64,000 nucleotides of DNA from the human T2T-CHM13v2.0 reference genome, Homo sapiens, in assembly GCF_009914755.1 (NCBI RefSeq), contig NC_060939.1; one strand, given 5' to 3'. The notes beneath the pieces were generated by a model. It had not been told where the DNA came from. It searched no databases and was given only the letters and a program-made list of their open reading frames with translations. Below are positions 1-64,000 of this stretch, one piece after another. Position numbers and translations under genes: made by a program. Numbering within the stretch: the stretch's first letter is position 1; every line of letters begins with the position of its first letter.

Positions 1-81
1 CCAAACAACAACAACAGGAAAACACACAAAACAACCTTAAATGAGAAAAGCCAAAAGACATGGATACATTTAACAAAATAA

Positions 82-419
<338 letters not shown>

Positions 420-499
420 TTATGATGTGGGTTCTTAAAGCAAATAGGTAATTTTGTATATTCAGAACATTTACTATTAAGGTGAAACCACATGGTAGG

Positions 500-817
500 T
501 TTTCTTTTTCCTTTTTTTTTTTTTTTCTTTTTTTTAGAGAAAGGGTCTTTCTTGATCTGTTGCCCAGGCTGGACTGCAGTGGTACAATCATAGCTCACTG
601 TAACCTTGAACTCCTGGGCTCAAGTGATCCTCCAACCTCAGCCTCCTGAGTAGCTAGGACAGCAGGCGTGTACCACCACACCCAGCTAATTTTAAATTTT
701 TTTGTAGAGAAGAGGTCTAACTGACTTGCCCAGTCTTGAACTCCTGGCCTCAAGTCATCTTCCCAACTCAGCCTCCCAAAGTATTGAGATTAGAGGCATG
801 AGCCACTGTGCCCAGCC
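500..817 (-). mobile_element. Alu (AluJ-like)
   Basis: Alu consensus, poly-T tail. Confidence 0.85.
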
Positions 818-2175
818 AGATTTTAAGAGTCAACTTTTGTGAAAGTATTTGCATGTCAGGGCTAGATGGGGATGTATGCGTTTGGGGCAGGGGAGAGAGC
901 GGAGGTGATGGTGTGCGTGTGTGAGTGCATGTGTCAAAGATGGGGGAAAGGAGAGTCAAGTAATGGTAATAACACAATTGAATGTAAGGCAAGGAAAAGG
1001 ACAGCCAAAAATAAATCTTGATTTTGAATATAACCCCCTCCAACGCAACTGAAGCAGAAAAAAAAGTATTACAAATATTGAGGCTGTTTTAATTATATAT
1101 GAAAACCTCACAAGTTGAAAAGTAACAGCGGGTATGAAACAAGGAGTTCTGCATTGTACCGATAAATCACTCCATCCCATTTTAGAAAGAACAGGAACTG
1201 TTCTGTGGGTTGCTTAATGGCGAATGACACAACATTTTCACTTTATATTTGGAAATGAAAATTCTTGTGAAGCTACAAATAACTCAAAGTAGAAAAATGC
1301 TACCACAAACGTGTCATAAATGGGTTCCATCTCTGTGTGCCGCTTATTTATTTAATAATCTTGATGTCTCACAAAGCCATTCAGTTATAGCCATTATCAT
1401 TCCTGAGTCTCAGGCTGATCCTACGAGGCAGGCAGAAACAGTGGCTATGGGGCCCACCTTAGAGGAGAAGAAAACTAATGGCAAGACTGGGATCTGCCTG
1501 AAGTCAAATGCTTCCCTTTTTACTGTGAGTTCCCATATGATTTCCCCTTGGTCTGATGACTGATTTCTGCCAAGTTCATCACTGACTCTTGAAATAGGTC
1601 TTGTGATGGTTAAGGGAGCCTTGAGAAACGATGATGCTGAGCCTCGGTTCCAGCAGTTTCTCCAGCTTAAAAAGGAATGAATGTCTTTATTCCGCAGCCC
1701 TGGAGCAAACTGGGCAGAAGAACTGAACAGAACTTCCTGTGGACATTCATGGGGCTCACTGACCACACTCTCATCAGGAAAGAAAGAAGTGTCTCTAAAT
1801 GAAGCTGTAGCAGACTGTTTGTGAATTGTAAATGTGTATTATGAATGCCTTACTGGTAAGTACTGTGTTCTATAAACCAGAGATTTCTCCTCCCACCTAT
1901 TTTCCCCCTCACAGTCCTTTCTAGGCTCCCCCACAGCCTTCTAGGTACAATCCTGGGAATTCCCACCCGGCACTCTGCTGCACCTTCCAGGAGGAATCCT
2001 GAGACTATGCGTAACTGACTTGGTGTCAACTAACCATGGGTGGGACACTGAAGTCCCTCTTTAGCTTAGACACTCTTAGAGATTAAGTAACTATTGAGCA
2101 TTTTCTGTGTGAGGCTTTGGGTATATAAACACATATGGAACAAAGAGTCCCTGCCCTCCAGGAGTGTAGCAGCTA

Positions 2176-60929
<58,754 letters not shown>

Positions 60930-62647
60930 TTAGGTCGCCCATGTGACCCGTGTGAGCCGGATTAACATGGTGTGGATAATTACCACTGTGCACACCACTG
61001 ACCATTAAGCATTTTACATGCCCAATAATGGGGGATATGATTAGGAAAATTATGGAGTATCACAAGGGTGGAATTCTACATAAATTACAACTGACATGAA
61101 GACTGTAAACACAGGAAACAAGCAAATGAAATCATGTTAAGTGAAATAAGTCATTCAAGTTATATACAAAACATGATTACAATTTTTTTTTCTTAAAAAA
61201 AAGACTGGAACTACCACAAAATATTAACAAAGGCTTTGGTCAAGCCAGAGACTAGAGAAACTTGTTTTAATTCATTAGTTTTCAAACATTTTATAATGCA
61301 TATGCTATTTTTGTAATTTAAAAAAAGAAAAGAAAAAGTGGGCACTCTGAGGTTTCAAACCATGTGCCTTGAATTGATGCAAGCTTCCTTATTTTAGAAG
61401 TTCTAAAATTAAACCTTGAAGCAATATTAATCACATCCGGAGTAACAAAGGCCACCTTCTGCTGGGTAGCCTTCCTGCATGGGGAGAGCCTTTTGTTAAT
61501 AATATATAGTCTGCTCTTCAAAATCCCCATTCTTCCTACAAAATCCCCCTGAATTGATAATGACCTCAATTCAAAACATGCTTAAGTCAGTCAGATTTTT
61601 CATCTTTCTATTGGTACCCTTTGTGTTACCAGGATAGAATTAAAGAACCCCATATCATATAAAATGATGGTGGGAGTTAGTATGAAAAATGCAGACTGCT
61701 ACAAGTTCATAGGACAATATTTTTGTTCGCGCTTCGCGATAAAAAATTTTAGGGCGCAGAGCAAATGTTCTTCTATGAATATCCAGCCCAAATTAATTGT
61801 TATCGATTGCTGAGTTACTCAAGGAAAGAGAAAACATTTGCTTGGGGAACAACCAAGCAAGGTGACACTCCTATTCCCAAAAGGAAACTGAAATTTGAAA
61901 TAATTTTACATTTCAAAACAAAACAAAAGAAACAAATGAACAGAGAATTGAGCTGGCCATATAGCGAAACTCAGAACTTTGCTGAATTTCCTTGAACTAA
62001 TAATACGGTTTTAAAGAAATTATGGGGAGGCGGGAACCATCCTCTGTTCAGAGCTCATGACCTGCAAAAGTCTGAACCCACCTATGCAAGTCACTCACCA
62101 TCCTAGTGCTATGCTCCTGGCTTCCTGGTCACATGAATAAGAAAACCAAACTGAAATTTCGTAAGCTACAGTAGCAAGTAGAAAACCAGCAAGCCTGGGA
62201 CGAGGTGTCACACTCTTCCAGAGGACATGCTTACTCACAGGCAGCAACTAGGTCGGGCAAATTCAACTCCATGGGGAAATTATCTTTTCAAATGGTTGAC
62301 ATACTCAGATGATGTATTTACTAGATCCAGGGTCAACACACACACTCTCTCATTGGAATTACACGGTTTGGCAACAATGAAACTCCATTTTAGAAGTTGT
62401 AAACAATGTAAACATTCAAGAATATTGGAAAGTCCAAGCTTACAATGGCACAACCACCCAATATAATACTGCACAGGCATTTGAAGTACTTACAAAGAGT
62501 ATGTAGCAACATAAAGATAATGCAGCCTAAGTTAAGTGGTAATGTGAATAGAAGATACTATATTTATAACAAGTTTACAACTATGTGAAAATAATGTATG
62601 GGCAAAAACAAATTGACAAGGAAAAAGAAATATTCCTTACTTGTTAG

Positions 62648-62953
<306 letters not shown>

Positions 62954-63007
62954 TCTTTTTCCTTTTCATGTGCTTTCTCATAATTTTCTATTTTTTTTAG
63001 ATTTTTA

Positions 63008-63336
<329 letters not shown>

Positions 63337-64000
63337 TCAGATTTTTTAAAACAGCTTTTCCAGAGAAAAGGGAGGGATCACACCTCACAATAATCACCAC
63401 TGATCAATTTCATTACATTATTATTATTCAACTTCCTACATATCACCATAAGTATGTATATTTTCCTTAAGTTTGCACTGTCACATTTAAACTTTACTAG
63501 AACAAGCTGGGAAAGAGAGAGAGAGCAAGCGTGAGCAAACCCTATAAGAATTATAAAATAATATATATAAAGGGGAATTTATTAAATTTAAAAAAGAATT
63601 ATAAAAGGACAGTAATCCCAGTAATCCTCCCACTGTGTCTTTGGTTAATACTGTATTCAGACATGAAATATTTTGTCTCTTTTGTTGGAAACAAAAGCAA
63701 GTAATAATAATGGAAAGTAGCTCTTTTAATATATCAAAATAAGTATACCAGTTCCAAAAATAGGATATCTGCATTCTCAGCAACTATGATCTTTTCCAGC
63801 AGACTTAAAATAATTAGTTCTCACTAAACATTGATCGGAATTTTCATTACTTGGTTTCAATTTACAGACACTTAAGAAGAATTTTTATTGATCAGAGGCT
63901 GGTGAGTTGGTCAAAATATGGTACAATAATGGAATGTTACAGAATGACTTGAAACCTACAGTATATGCAACCATAATTATGCTGGCCTGTTTGGGATGAG

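Overview
Human (or very closely related primate) genomic DNA, rich in Alu and other repeats. The whole window lies inside MYO1E (long-tailed class I myosin) on the minus strand. Fifteen consecutive coding exons (5-19 by my recollection of the canonical transcript) are present, all with GT-AG boundaries and a continuous frame, covering the motor domain from the P-loop to the converter. Nested antisense in intron 14 is the intronless LDH retrogene LDHAL6B (381 aa). Other contents: a retroposed U4 snRNA pseudogene inside an MLT1 LTR, an isolated 171-bp alpha-satellite monomer in intron 9, about 40 Alu/FLAM copies, and L1, L2, MIR, MER and Tigger elements. Most ORFs in the supplied track are Alu or microsatellite artefacts. 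I see no convincing new multi-gene system. The best leads are: an apparent MYO1E Ile531Met allele, the solo alphoid monomer, a ~300-bp non-TE inverted duplication in intron 5, several locally templated duplications, and the two-start, mitochondrial-leader design of LDHAL6B. Gene names, exon numbers and repeat families come from recognition, not from database searches, and repeat boundaries are approximate.
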